DNA of 64,000 bases from Spirochaetaceae bacterium (GCA_051531975.1 JAOPTT010000002.1:505968-569967), one strand, 5' to 3'; counted from the stretch's first letter, positions 29,833 through 40,276 are shown. Notes: a model not told the origin generated them from the sequence alone. Numbers and translations: made by a program.

Positions 29833-31314
29833 ATGTTACAAGATATATTAATAGGCCTTAAAGGGTCGTTATCTATGGGTGCTTTAATATCTATAAATAT
29901 CGGAGTACTTGCCGGTATTATTATGGGTGCTCTTCCTGGACTAGGTGTTGCAATGGCTGTAACTGTTATTCTGCCACTGGTTTTTGGAATGGAAACTGCA
30001 AACGGTTTATTACTACTGTTAGGAGTATATTGTGGAGGAACATATGGTGGTTCTATTACTGCTATATTAATAAAAACTCCTGGTGCCGCAGCTTCAATTA
30101 CAACAGCAATTGATGGGTATGAACTTACAAAAAAAGGTCACTCAAAAAAAGCATTAGATATGGCTATAACTGCCTCTACTGTTGGTGGAATAATAAGTGC
30201 TATAACATTGGTTCTATTTGCTCCGGTTTTAGCAAAATTTGTATTAAAATTTGGACCACCAGAATATTTCTCATTAGCTGTGTTTGGTTTAACAATTATA
30301 GCATCTGTTAGTGGAGATAGTATTTTAAAAGGTCTAATATTAGGTGCATTTGGTGTCTTTATTTCTACTATTGGCTTAGACCTTATACATGGTATTCCTC
30401 GTTTTACTTTAGGAACCCAATATTTAAAAGGTGGCATTGGTATAGTTCCAGCAATTGTTGGTGTTTTCTCTATTGCAGAGATTCTTGTAAAAGCCCCTAA
30501 ATTAAAAAATATGAAACCCTATGGGGATATGACAATAAGCGAGGATAATGGTCTCACTAAAAAGGATATGAAAAAATCCTGGAAAACAATATTAAGATCT
30601 TCGGGCATTGGTACTGTTATAGGTGCTATTCCGGGAGCAGGAGCTGTTATAGCTGCTTTTATTGGTTATGCCCAGGCAAAGCGAGCATCAAAAAATCCTG
30701 AAGAGTTTGGTAAAGGTAGTATCGAAGGTGTGGCAGCAGCTGAAGCCGCAAATAATGCCGTAACAAGTTCGTCTCTTATTCCTATGTTAACACTTGGGGT
30801 TCCTGGATCTGTAGTTTCCGCTATTGTTATGGGTGCTTTAATAATGAATGGTTTAGTCCCTGGTGCAAATCTGTTTACAGAGCAAAAACCTCTAACATAT
30901 ACAGTAATGGTTGGAATGATTATTATTAATATATTTATGTTTATCCAAGCTAAAGGTTTTATTAAGTTATTTGTTAAAGTAACAAAGATTCAGCCATCTC
31001 TATTAATGGTTCTTGTAATGGCTATGGCTTTAACTGGAACATATGCTGTTAACAATACGTTACTAGATATTTTTATTGTAATAATATTTGCGATTATTGG
31101 GGTTATTCTAATTAAACTTGATTTTGCATTACCACCACTTATATTAGGTTTAGTACTGGGTCCTATTGCAGAAAATACTATGCGGCAATCACTTTTAATG
31201 TCAGGTGGTGAGATGTCCATTTTTGTTACTAGACCTATTTGTATAATATTTTTAAGTGTTGCTCTGTTGTCTGTAGTTACTACAGCTATTAAAAGATGGA
31301 GGGAGCAAAAGTGA
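29833..31314 (+). CDS. tctA: Tripartite tricarboxylate transporter large membrane subunit
   Basis: GALPGLG, YGGSITAILIKTPG, FGPPEYF, EAANNA, LTLGVPGS. Confidence 0.95.
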   Translation: MLQDILIGLKGSLSMGALISINIGVLAGIIMGALPGLGVAMAVTVILPLVFGMETANGLLLLLGVYCGGTYGGSITAILIKTPGAAASITTAIDGYELTKKGHSKKALDMAITASTVGGIISAITLVLFAPVLAKFVLKFGPPEYFSLAVFGLTIIASVSGDSILKGLILGAFGVFISTIGLDLIHGIPRFTLGTQYLKGGIGIVPAIVGVFSIAEILVKAPKLKNMKPYGDMTISEDNGLTKKDMKKSWKTILRSSGIGTVIGAIPGAGAVIAAFIGYAQAKRASKNPEEFGKGSIEGVAAAEAANNAVTSSSLIPMLTLGVPGSVVSAIVMGALIMNGLVPGANLFTEQKPLTYTVMVGMIIINIFMFIQAKGFIKLFVKVTKIQPSLLMVLVMAMALTGTYAVNNTLLDIFIVIIFAIIGVILIKLDFALPPLILGLVLGPIAENTMRQSLLMSGGEMSIFVTRPICIIFLSVALLSVVTTAIKRWREQK

Positions 31315-32627
31315 AACCTAATATAATTTTTTTGTTTCCAGATCAATGGAGAGGGGATTGGTTTAGCACTTCTAAAATAGGGAAAATGTTAAATATTCCT
31401 ACTTTAAATAGTTTAGCTGATAATGGTGTTAAGTTTAATAACGCTTTTACTCCATCCCCACTTTGCGCTCCTGCTAGGGCATGTATTGCCACAGGAATGG
31501 AGTATCCAGCATATGGTGTAGTTAATAATAGTATGGATCTGCCTGCAGAAGCTGCTACTGTTTATCATAAATTACGTGATAATGGATATCATGTAATGGG
31601 CTGTGGAAAGTTTGATCTTCATAAAGCTTCTTATTCATGGGGTAAAGATGGTGGTCATTTAATGAAAAAATGGGGCTTTTCCGATGGTATTGATAACGAA
31701 GGAAAGGTTGATGGCGTAACATCGTATAAGCAAAATAAAGTTGGTCCTTATATGGATTTTCTTAAACAGCAAGATAAGGTAGAGACACATATTAAAGACT
31801 TTGATAAAAGAGGAAAATATGGAACATTCCCTACAGAATTAAATGATGATGAATATTGTGATAACTGGGTTACAAATAATGCTATTAAATTGATTGATAG
31901 AGCACCTAAGAAAAAACCCTTGTTTCTTCAGGTTAATTTCACAGGACCACACGACCCTTTTGATATTACAGACAAAATGTCGACCTGGTACAAAGATGTA
32001 GAATTCCCAAAACCATTTGGTGAATTTAATCCTGATATTAATCATAATAATATTAGACAAAATTATGCTGCTATGATGGAAAACATTGATAATAATGTTA
32101 AAAAAATACTAGATCACCCAAGGATAAAGGATGAGTTAGATAATACTATAATTGTTTTCTCCTCTGATCATGGAGATATGTTAGGGGATCATGGTGTATA
32201 TGAAAAACATCTGCCATATAATGGTTCTACCCATGTTCCTATGTTTATTTCCGGAAAAGATATTAGTAAAGGGCAAAATATCGAGGCTCCTATATCCATA
32301 TTAGATCTACCTGGTACTTTTTTAGAGCTTTCAGGAACATCCAAGGAAGTCTTACATAATAGCTACTCTTTAATGCCTTTAATAAACTCAGGGAAAGTAA
32401 ATAGAAAAATTATTAAATCCGCACTATTTGTCGATAATATTCCTAAAAGACAGTGGAGAATGTCTGTTAATGATAAATTTAAATATATTCAGTGGTTTGA
32501 TGGAAGAGAAGCTCTTTATGCTTTAAATGACTACAAGGAATTAAATAATATTATCAATAACTTTCCAGAAGTTGCCTATGAGTTACAAAAATATATTGGC
32601 GGATTTATAACAACAAATAATTCTTAG
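31311..32627 (+). CDS. Sulfatase (formylglycine-dependent, Cys type)
   Basis: KPNIIFLFPDQ, CAPAR (CxPxR), GPHDP, SDHGDMLGDHG; GTG start overlapping tctA stop with GGGAG RBS. Confidence 0.92.
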   Translation: MKPNIIFLFPDQWRGDWFSTSKIGKMLNIPTLNSLADNGVKFNNAFTPSPLCAPARACIATGMEYPAYGVVNNSMDLPAEAATVYHKLRDNGYHVMGCGKFDLHKASYSWGKDGGHLMKKWGFSDGIDNEGKVDGVTSYKQNKVGPYMDFLKQQDKVETHIKDFDKRGKYGTFPTELNDDEYCDNWVTNNAIKLIDRAPKKKPLFLQVNFTGPHDPFDITDKMSTWYKDVEFPKPFGEFNPDINHNNIRQNYAAMMENIDNNVKKILDHPRIKDELDNTIIVFSSDHGDMLGDHGVYEKHLPYNGSTHVPMFISGKDISKGQNIEAPISILDLPGTFLELSGTSKEVLHNSYSLMPLINSGKVNRKIIKSALFVDNIPKRQWRMSVNDKFKYIQWFDGREALYALNDYKELNNIINNFPEVAYELQKYIGGFITTNNS

Positions 32628-32658
32628 GTTTGTTGTTATTATAGATCTGTATGGAGAA

Positions 32659-34050
32659 ATGAAAATGAAAAAAAATATTGTATTCTTTTTTACAGATGAT
32701 CAACGTTTTGATACTATATCTGCTTTAGGTAATAAAGATGTTATAACCCCAAATATGGACAGGCTTGTTCATAATGGGACAACCTTTACTCATGCACATA
32801 TCCCATGTGGAACGTCAGGTGCAGTTTGCATGCCTAGTAGAGCTATGTTACATACTGGAAGAACTCTTTTCCATCTTCAGGATGAAGGACAGGAAATTCC
32901 TGAAGAACATATTACATTAGGCGAAACTTTACAGAAAGCAGGTTATGAGACTTTTGGTACAGGGAAATGGCATAATGGGACATCATCTTATGCTAGAAGT
33001 TTTACAGCTGGTGGAGAGATTTTTTTTGGTGGAATGTTTGATCATTGGAATGTCCCGGCATATAATTTTGATCCGACCGGGAAGTATGATAAAACTGTAC
33101 CATATGCTACTGCTGCATTTAGTTCCAGAAAATTAAATATTATGAACACTGATCATATCACCCCAGGTAAACACTCCTCGGAACTGTTTGGTGAAGTATC
33201 AGCAGAGTGGATTAAAAATTATAGTTCCGATAAACCATTTTTCAGTTATATCTCATTTATGGCTCCCCACGATCCAAGAACTATGCCTGAAAAATTTAAA
33301 AATATGTACAATGCAAAAGATATTCCACTACCGGAAAATTATCTGCCGGAACACCCATTTGATTTTGGTATAAGGGATTTAAGGGATGAAGTCTTGGCTC
33401 CATATCCAAGACAACCCCAGGAAGTTAAAGAACACATTGCAGAATATTATGGTATGATTACACATCTGGATAACGAGATGGGTAAAGTTATTAAAGCTGT
33501 TGAAGATAGAGGAGAGCTTGAATATACACTATTCATTTTTGCAGGTGATAACGGTTTAGCTTTAGGGCAACATGGACTTTTTGGTAAACAGAATCACTAT
33601 GAACACAGTATACGGGTACCTCTTATATTCTCTGGCCCCGGTATTCCTAAAGGTGAATTAAGGGATTCTTATGCCTATCTGTTAGACATATATCCAACAA
33701 TTTGTGAATATCTTAAGTTAGATAAGCCCGGAACAGTAGAAGGCAAAAGTCTAATTCCTCTTATAGATAATGTTAAAGCTATAAATAGGGAAACTCTGTA
33801 TTTTGCCTATACTGATATTATGAGGGGTGTGAAAGATGATAGGTATAAACTTATTGAATATGCGACACACTGCTGTAGAAAAACCCAACTTTTTGATTTG
33901 AAAAATGATCCTAACGAGATGAATGACCTATCAGATGACTTAACATATCTGGGCATAAAAAATAATCTAAGAAGTCAGATGTATATTTTAAGAGATGAGT
34001 GGGATGATAAAGAACATCCATTAGGCAAGAAGTTCTGGGAAAGATATTAG
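32659..34050 (+). CDS. Sulfatase (choline-sulfatase-like, Cys type)
   Basis: NIVFFFTDDQR, CMPSR, GKWH, APHDP, DNGLALGQHG. Confidence 0.93.
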   Translation: MKMKKNIVFFFTDDQRFDTISALGNKDVITPNMDRLVHNGTTFTHAHIPCGTSGAVCMPSRAMLHTGRTLFHLQDEGQEIPEEHITLGETLQKAGYETFGTGKWHNGTSSYARSFTAGGEIFFGGMFDHWNVPAYNFDPTGKYDKTVPYATAAFSSRKLNIMNTDHITPGKHSSELFGEVSAEWIKNYSSDKPFFSYISFMAPHDPRTMPEKFKNMYNAKDIPLPENYLPEHPFDFGIRDLRDEVLAPYPRQPQEVKEHIAEYYGMITHLDNEMGKVIKAVEDRGELEYTLFIFAGDNGLALGQHGLFGKQNHYEHSIRVPLIFSGPGIPKGELRDSYAYLLDIYPTICEYLKLDKPGTVEGKSLIPLIDNVKAINRETLYFAYTDIMRGVKDDRYKLIEYATHCCRKTQLFDLKNDPNEMNDLSDDLTYLGIKNNLRSQMYILRDEWDDKEHPLGKKFWERY

Positions 34051-34070
34051 GAGCATAGTTTGTTTTAATG

Positions 34071-34095
34071 ATATAGAGCCCTAAGGGCCCTATAT
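34071..34095. terminator. Probable bidirectional intrinsic terminator
   Basis: ATATAGAGCCC-TAA-GGGCCCTATAT hairpin between convergent genes. Confidence 0.6.
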
Positions 34096-34100
34096 ATTAA

Positions 34101-35315
34101 CTATTGAACCCGTTCAACATGTTTAGACATCTCTTTGTTAATACCACCAAGAGATTCAATATTATCAGCCATAACTGTAAGTTGTTCCCTTTTATATGTA
34201 TCAAGAATATCAAATGCTTCAACACTATTATTAAATGAGATCTTAAGTGCATCAATAAGACTTGTTAGGTCATTTGCGCTCTTAATTATATCAACACCCT
34301 GAGTTTTAGCTTTCTCAGATGTACTCTTCATTGTTTCTGCAATAAATTCGTTTGTTGCATCAATAGCTTTCTTCTGACGTTTTTGGTGCATTAAAGCAAT
34401 TTCCATTGCCGCTGCAGATTCAAGTGCAATTTTAGCTAGATTTAATGTTCTATCAGTTGCTCTAATTAGCTCATCATTACCTCTAATAATAATGTCAGCA
34501 ACCATTATAGCCTGATTTGCTGCACCTAACGATAGCTGCATATCCTGAGTCTCTTGTCTTAAGCTATATAAAATATCCTCTTCAACAAAAGCGATATCTG
34601 TAAGTTCTCCAGAATCTACTAGTTTCACAATCTCAGAATCAAATAACATTGTTTCTTGTATTTTATCAGCTAGAGTAAAAACTATTTTAATAAGGCTATT
34701 TTTATCCGCTCTAAGGCTAATATTATCTTTTTGTAGAACTTCCTTACCTCTTTCTAGATTAACATATATATCATCAATAACCCTTGATACTGTTTGGTAC
34801 TGGCTCCACCACGCTTCTAATTTACTTCCAACACCTGGTATTTTGCTAAATAGTTTTCTAAGTCCACCATCAGTTAAACTCCGACTATTAGGGTTAATAG
34901 ACTCCATCTTTCCTCTTAATGTTAAAAGACCTGTAGATATATCTCCACCTTCTTTGTTTTTTTCCATTAAGTCTTTCATTGGAGCACTTAAAAGTTCACT
35001 TCTGTGGGAAATTCCTTTTCTTATCTCTAGACCAATTGATTTAGTTTTATCAGAAAATGCAGTTTTTGCATCAATATCTCTTTTACCAAACCCTTTAATC
35101 TCTACAACAAGTTTTGCAACACTATTTTTTACTTCTTCTGGAATTTCTTCTTCTAAAATATTCTCAGGAGAAACACTTCCAGCTTTTACTGCAATCTCTT
35201 TACTGTTTAAGTTCTTTACTGAATCTCCAGCATTTTCAATTACCTTTGCATGCTTTAACTCTTCTTTTATCTCTGTAGACTTATTTGCATTTTCTAATAT
35301 TTGTGTTGTTGACAT
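34101..35315 (-). CDS. telA: Toxic anion resistance protein TelA family
   Basis: Coiled-coil; KLFSKIPGVG...YQTV...I...LE.GK..L.KDN; LRQETQDMQ. Confidence 0.8.
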   Translation of the reverse strand: MSTTQILENANKSTEIKEELKHAKVIENAGDSVKNLNSKEIAVKAGSVSPENILEEEIPEEVKNSVAKLVVEIKGFGKRDIDAKTAFSDKTKSIGLEIRKGISHRSELLSAPMKDLMEKNKEGGDISTGLLTLRGKMESINPNSRSLTDGGLRKLFSKIPGVGSKLEAWWSQYQTVSRVIDDIYVNLERGKEVLQKDNISLRADKNSLIKIVFTLADKIQETMLFDSEIVKLVDSGELTDIAFVEEDILYSLRQETQDMQLSLGAANQAIMVADIIIRGNDELIRATDRTLNLAKIALESAAAMEIALMHQKRQKKAIDATNEFIAETMKSTSEKAKTQGVDIIKSANDLTSLIDALKISFNNSVEAFDILDTYKREQLTVMADNIESLGGINKEMSKHVERVQ

Positions 35316-35323
35316 TTTAACTC

Positions 35324-35710
35324 CTATTTTTCTATTTTAATTATATTCCAATTTTTTGCTTTTATATCTGTAAAACTTAACAAATATCTAAGATCATAAT
35401 CACCTTTAGGATATAGCTTATCTAATCTAGAAACATCCATAGTTCCAAACGAAACCCTGAAAAGACTATCTAAATTAGCATCTTTTCCTAAGTAAGTTTT
35501 ATCGGTACCATAGTGAAAGTTTTTGTATCTTGAATCTTCTTTAAGAATCTCAATCTCTTTAACTATATCGTTCCGATGTGTAGTTAAACCATAAGATGTT
35601 TCAACTACAACAGCAACTTCTTTAGGGTTTTGTGTAAAGTAAATATGACCAGCTAAAATCATACCTAACTGTAGTACTATTATTATAATTATAGATACTA
35701 ACTTACCCAT
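35324..35710 (-). CDS. Small membrane-anchored protein (degenerate VWA-like start)
   Basis: N-terminal TM, VAVVVETSYGL. Confidence 0.65.
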   Translation of the reverse strand: MGKLVSIIIIIVLQLGMILAGHIYFTQNPKEVAVVVETSYGLTTHRNDIVKEIEILKEDSRYKNFHYGTDKTYLGKDANLDSLFRVSFGTMDVSRLDKLYPKGDYDLRYLLSFTDIKAKNWNIIKIEK

Positions 35711-35720
35711 TAAAACTCTC

Positions 35721-37394
35721 CTACATCTGTGCGTTTAACAGATTTCCAATATTATACGATGCTGAATCGGTTGATGACTCTGTGTATGATGCTTCAACTA
35801 AACTAGCAATATCTTTTAACTCACTTAATCCCATACCGTAAGCAATTGCATGTACTGGAATACCTATAGCTTTTATAACATTTTTAACCTTGGAAATATC
35901 GTATCCAGCAGTGGTTTGTCCATCAGATAAAATAAAACACATTAGTTTATGGTCAGGATTACTTTCTCCAAATGTTCTAAGCTCATCTAATGCAACTAAT
36001 ATAGCATCGTTAGTAGCAGTACCACCACCAGCATCTAGATCCTCAACTGCACCTATAAACTGTGCTTTATGTTGAATTCCAAACGTTCTAATTGGTAAAT
36101 CTACATTTACTGTATTACTATATGATACAAGTCCAATAGAGTTATTTGTTGATATAAATGATGAAGCACTATCTAATGCTTCTTTTAGTGCGTTTATATT
36201 TGGACCATCCATACTACCAGACACATCAGCAACAAATACAGCTGCAATTGGCTTACCACCAGATTTTTTGTCTTTCCAAATTTTCTGTGCTTGGCTAATA
36301 ACAACTCCATCTTTTATGCTATATGTATCTTTATGAGAAGGACCTTTACCAAAACCAAACTTACTTGTCTCAGCTTTATTTGATTCTATGAACTTTGCAA
36401 ACAACTTTAATACTTCAATTTCATTAACATCAGCCTCTTCAGTTGAATATAGAGGAGAGTTATGTTTCACACCAAATGGTATAAACTCATAACCACCTAG
36501 ACCTTTTGCTTCTACAAAAGTTTGATGTTCAAGAACAAATGCATCTAATACACCACTATTTAATGTAGCATCTCTCATTTGAAGTGTATTTTGTGCAACA
36601 AATGGAACACCCATTTGAAAAGCCTCAAAAGCGGAAGCTACTTCAGGATTAAGCATATTAGCTTCATCGCCCTGGGCAAATGCATCTAGTATAGTTAATA
36701 AAAAGTTTAATCCAGTTGAAGATTGAAATGGGTTTGTATATCCCATTGCAAAATTCCCACTAGTTACTTCTGTTAATAATTTTTGAATATCTAATTTACC
36801 ATTAGTTGTTATTAAATCAACTTTATCACTCTTAATTATAATTCCTGCTGTATTCTCTGCAGTTTTTTCTGCAATTGTAATTAAATTACCACCTTGAGCA
36901 TTTATCATTTTGCCCCATAAGGCATTACTTGGTGAGTAAGCATCAGGTGTATTAACACCTGCTAATATGAAAGATGCACCAGCACCAGATGCGATTTTTC
37001 TTATACCAATTTTTGCAACTTTACCATTTGAGATGTTATATGCTTGTTTATTAAATGCTTGTGCCATTTTAACATATAATCCATCAGTACCCTCACCAGC
37101 TTTTTCAGATGACGTAAATATTTGTGCAACTTCTACAGTAGAAGAATCAGAAACATCTAATGTTATTGGATACTCATTAATATCTGGTAACAACTCTAAA
37201 AGGTTTGTTGATGTTAATGAAATATTTGCTTTTCTCGTACTTTCAAAATACGATGGATCTATTTTTTTTAATAATTTATCAAGTTTTGCAATTTCATTTT
37301 CATCTCCAACTTGAACACCACTACCCCTATTTGAAATTTCTTCACAGCTAAATAGTAGAAATACCATAGCCAATAAAATTAAAATCTTTTTCAT
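35721..37394 (-). CDS. Lipoprotein with solute-binding-like domain and C-terminal VWA domain
   Basis: LFS-C lipobox; TNPFQSSTG; MIDAS DVSGSM, GGGTAT, LSDG. Confidence 0.85.
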   Translation of the reverse strand: MKKILILLAMVFLLFSCEEISNRGSGVQVGDENEIAKLDKLLKKIDPSYFESTRKANISLTSTNLLELLPDINEYPITLDVSDSSTVEVAQIFTSSEKAGEGTDGLYVKMAQAFNKQAYNISNGKVAKIGIRKIASGAGASFILAGVNTPDAYSPSNALWGKMINAQGGNLITIAEKTAENTAGIIIKSDKVDLITTNGKLDIQKLLTEVTSGNFAMGYTNPFQSSTGLNFLLTILDAFAQGDEANMLNPEVASAFEAFQMGVPFVAQNTLQMRDATLNSGVLDAFVLEHQTFVEAKGLGGYEFIPFGVKHNSPLYSTEEADVNEIEVLKLFAKFIESNKAETSKFGFGKGPSHKDTYSIKDGVVISQAQKIWKDKKSGGKPIAAVFVADVSGSMDGPNINALKEALDSASSFISTNNSIGLVSYSNTVNVDLPIRTFGIQHKAQFIGAVEDLDAGGGTATNDAILVALDELRTFGESNPDHKLMCFILSDGQTTAGYDISKVKNVIKAIGIPVHAIAYGMGLSELKDIASLVEASYTESSTDSASYNIGNLLNAQM

Positions 37395-37403
37395 AAACTC
37401 TCC

Positions 37404-38096
37404 TTATTTTTTACTGTACTGTTTAGCTCTCTCAGTCAACTCTTTAAGTCTATTAAGAGATTCATCATATTCAAATGACCCAATATCTTTAATATTTGCG
37501 ACTTCTACAGAGATAACATTAAGTGCTTTTAGTAACTCTTTATTACTTTCTATAATATTTAATATGTATTTCCTCTGTTTCTCTACTATATCTAGATCAT
37601 CTTCAGGAATATTTGAACCATATCTCTCTTCTACTGTTTCAATACTAATATCTGCAATTAATATATCTTTTAAGTTTTGTCTAACAAGATTAAAAACTCT
37701 CTCAGATTCTGTAATATAACTGCTATGAGTAATTGTTGAACTACCTAACTTCTCTTTAACAACTCTTCGAAAGTCATTTAATAACAAAAGTAACTTTTCA
37801 GATTGTTCCGATGCTACAGGTTGATCTGCTATTAGAAGATCTTTTTTAAGTTTTGATATCTCATCGAATAGTTCTTCTTCATCTTTTAATATTGAATCCT
37901 TAATTTCTTTTTCTTTATCAGCTTTTAAATTACCAGATAGAATATAAACTAACACACCTATAATTGAACAAACTAATGTTCCTACAAAAAATAAGATGAA
38001 AGTTACAATATTTAAATCGAATAAAACTTTAGCGAATAACGATATTAAAAAACCACTTATTAATGAAATTATAAATATTTTCTTAATTTTAACCAC
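37404..38096 (-). CDS. Two-TM coiled-coil protein, first gene of TelA operon
   Basis: Two N-terminal TMs, helical C-terminus, tight operon spacing. Confidence 0.7.
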   Translation of the reverse strand: MVKIKKIFIISLISGFLISLFAKVLFDLNIVTFILFFVGTLVCSIIGVLVYILSGNLKADKEKEIKDSILKDEEELFDEISKLKKDLLIADQPVASEQSEKLLLLLNDFRRVVKEKLGSSTITHSSYITESERVFNLVRQNLKDILIADISIETVEERYGSNIPEDDLDIVEKQRKYILNIIESNKELLKALNVISVEVANIKDIGSFEYDESLNRLKELTERAKQYSKK

Positions 38097-38395
38097 CCCC
38101 GAAATTTTTAATTATGATAAACATATTAAATTATTTACATACAATATATTAATTGTAAGTAATTATAGATTATTTTTTACTTAAATGTACAATTGATTTA
38201 TAAAAAAATACAAATATAATAAGTCATAAATTATTAAATCGTTATCATTATAAATAATATAGTACCAAAATTAATAATCCTTAATGAAAATAAGTTCTAT
38301 AATAAAACCTAAAGTATACACATAATTGCTTTGTAGAGGGTTTTACTCCAGGTTAGTAGACATCATTATGTATAATTGTCTATATTCGTATACAT

Positions 38396-39130
38396 ATGAA
38401 ACATATAAATTTAATAATTATTTCAATCCTAATTTTCCTTAATATATCTAGTATATATTCTCAGAGTAGTACAAGTTTTAATTCTTTAAACCAGACTCTT
38501 TCTTCTAATGATAAAAGTGAAAGTCGTATCTCTTCTGGAATGTTGTTATGGACTGATAGCCCATCATCAAGAGCTATTTATGAAGAACTAGAATCTCATG
38601 TAAACTTTTTATCTATGAATATTAGGAATAACAGTGATCTAATTTCTTATTACAATAGTAGAGAAGCATACCTAGAAAACATAGGTGATACATTAAATAA
38701 TATCCGTGATTTGATACTTAAAAGATCCAATAGCTTTTATGGGCCTGATGAGTGGGAAATTATCGATTCTGAAATCTTTATACATTATTCTGGAATATTA
38801 AACGAATTAGCATGGGCTCAGTTTAATACTATTCCGATGTTTGGTTCCTGGATGGAAAACATTGATCTTAAAAACAGATTCAAAGAGGGCAATTTTTATA
38901 CTTTAAAAGGTATTGATCGGATATTACAAGCTGTAAGATCTGAAAGGTCCAGGATAGGTGCAATAACTAATACTCTTGGTTTTAGAGGGGATAGGTTGGC
39001 TACTGAAGAGGAGAATACAATGTCTTTTCAGAGTAGTGGTGATACGGATTTTGCTAAAGAATTAATTAATATGAAGAGAAACGAGATAATGTTCTTTTCA
39101 AATATTTTTTTGCTTAAGCAGCAGAAATAG
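38396..39130 (+). CDS. Flagellin-like protein with N-terminal signal peptide
   Basis: RISSG, IRNNSDLIS...EAYL...LNNIRDL, AQFN, IDR...V..ERSRIGA..N.L, EEN, DTDFAKE match flagellin N/C helical motifs. Confidence 0.75.
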   Translation: MKHINLIIISILIFLNISSIYSQSSTSFNSLNQTLSSNDKSESRISSGMLLWTDSPSSRAIYEELESHVNFLSMNIRNNSDLISYYNSREAYLENIGDTLNNIRDLILKRSNSFYGPDEWEIIDSEIFIHYSGILNELAWAQFNTIPMFGSWMENIDLKNRFKEGNFYTLKGIDRILQAVRSERSRIGAITNTLGFRGDRLATEEENTMSFQSSGDTDFAKELINMKRNEIMFFSNIFLLKQQK

Positions 39131-39179
39131 CTGAGTTATTATGAAATGTGGGAAGAGTCTGTTTAGTTAGGCTTAGAGT

Positions 39180-39310
39180 ATATTGTACGTTTTTCCATCA
39201 GTGGCAGTTGTCCCAAAAATTGCGACAACTGAATGCTTTATTTGAACTCTCGCAAAAATTGCGATAGTTCAATATTTTGTTAATTCACTTCGGTAAAATA
39301 TTATTAATAA
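39180..39310 (-). pseudogene. Second RhuM remnant with tandem palindromes
   Basis: Similar to ~23915-24041, including both palindromes. Confidence 0.75.
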
Positions 39311-39378
39311 ATAGATCGATTAACTTATATAAATATTAAAATACGAATCAATGCACTAAATCATAAAATAGTTCCTCA

Positions 39379-39407
39379 TTGACCTGTCAGTATAAAGAAT
39401 ATAAAAT
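39379..39407 (+). promoter_or_regulatory. Sigma70-type promoter for MNT-HEPN pair
   Basis: TTGACC-17bp-TAAAAT, 6 nt before ATG. Confidence 0.6.
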
Positions 39408-39413
39408 TGTTAT

Positions 39414-39713
39414 ATGAATCTTAATGAAGCACCATCAGAGTTCCAAGAAGACATTTCTAATCTAGTTAGTTACTTAAACTCTATTGGTCTAGAAGAGGTA
39501 TATCTTTTTGGATCTCTAGCTAGAAATGAAGCAACAGATGACTCTGATATTGATATTGCTGTTAGAGGAATAAAAGCTGAAGACTTTTTTCAGGTTTATG
39601 GTGAACTTATGATGAGAACAACACACTCTCTCGACTTTATAGACCTTAACCTTCAGGAATCATTTGGAAACCAGCTCAGTAATAGTGGTGAGTTAAAAAG
39701 AGTATTTTTATGA
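39414..39713 (+). CDS. Minimal nucleotidyltransferase (MntA-like antitoxin)
   Basis: FGS-X10-DID motif. Confidence 0.9.
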   Translation: MNLNEAPSEFQEDISNLVSYLNSIGLEEVYLFGSLARNEATDDSDIDIAVRGIKAEDFFQVYGELMMRTTHSLDFIDLNLQESFGNQLSNSGELKRVFL

Positions 39714-40126
39714 CTCTAGAAGAGAGAGTTGAAGCTGAAATAAAAAATATTAATAGAGAGCTAGAAATAGTAATATTACTAACTAAAAAGCTAAATACTA
39801 ATTTATCTTTAGATGATATAGAAGTTAGAGCTGCAGCGTTATCTCTAGTTTCCATATATAATGGTATTGAAAAAATCCTAGTAAGAATTATTAAAAAAAA
39901 ACATACATTTCAAGAAAATTCAAACTGGCATACTAAATTATTAAATATTTCTTTGGAGATGGATTTAATAAAAAAGGATACATACGATGGTCTTAAAGGT
40001 TATCTAGCATTTAGGCATTTTGTTAGACATGCTTATAGCTTTGAGATTAATAAAGATGCCATAACTTCTATTCTTAAAATGGTTCCAAGTCTGATTCAGA
40101 AATTTACTAACGATCTTCCTTATTAA
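39710..40126 (+). CDS. HEPN RNase toxin (HepT-like)
   Basis: RHFVRHAY (RX4HXY); overlaps MNT gene. Confidence 0.88.
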   Translation: MTLEERVEAEIKNINRELEIVILLTKKLNTNLSLDDIEVRAAALSLVSIYNGIEKILVRIIKKKHTFQENSNWHTKLLNISLEMDLIKKDTYDGLKGYLAFRHFVRHAYSFEINKDAITSILKMVPSLIQKFTNDLPY

Positions 40127-40276
40127 AAAAATATTACTACATTAATAATATTGTAATTCCTTATGTATTACCGAGTTCTTTATCTAAAGTAAAATACGAT
40201 CTAATCTATTATTCAGAATATTAAAATAAATTGTTACTATTTCCAATATTCCTCGTTTTATATATTAGAATAAGGA

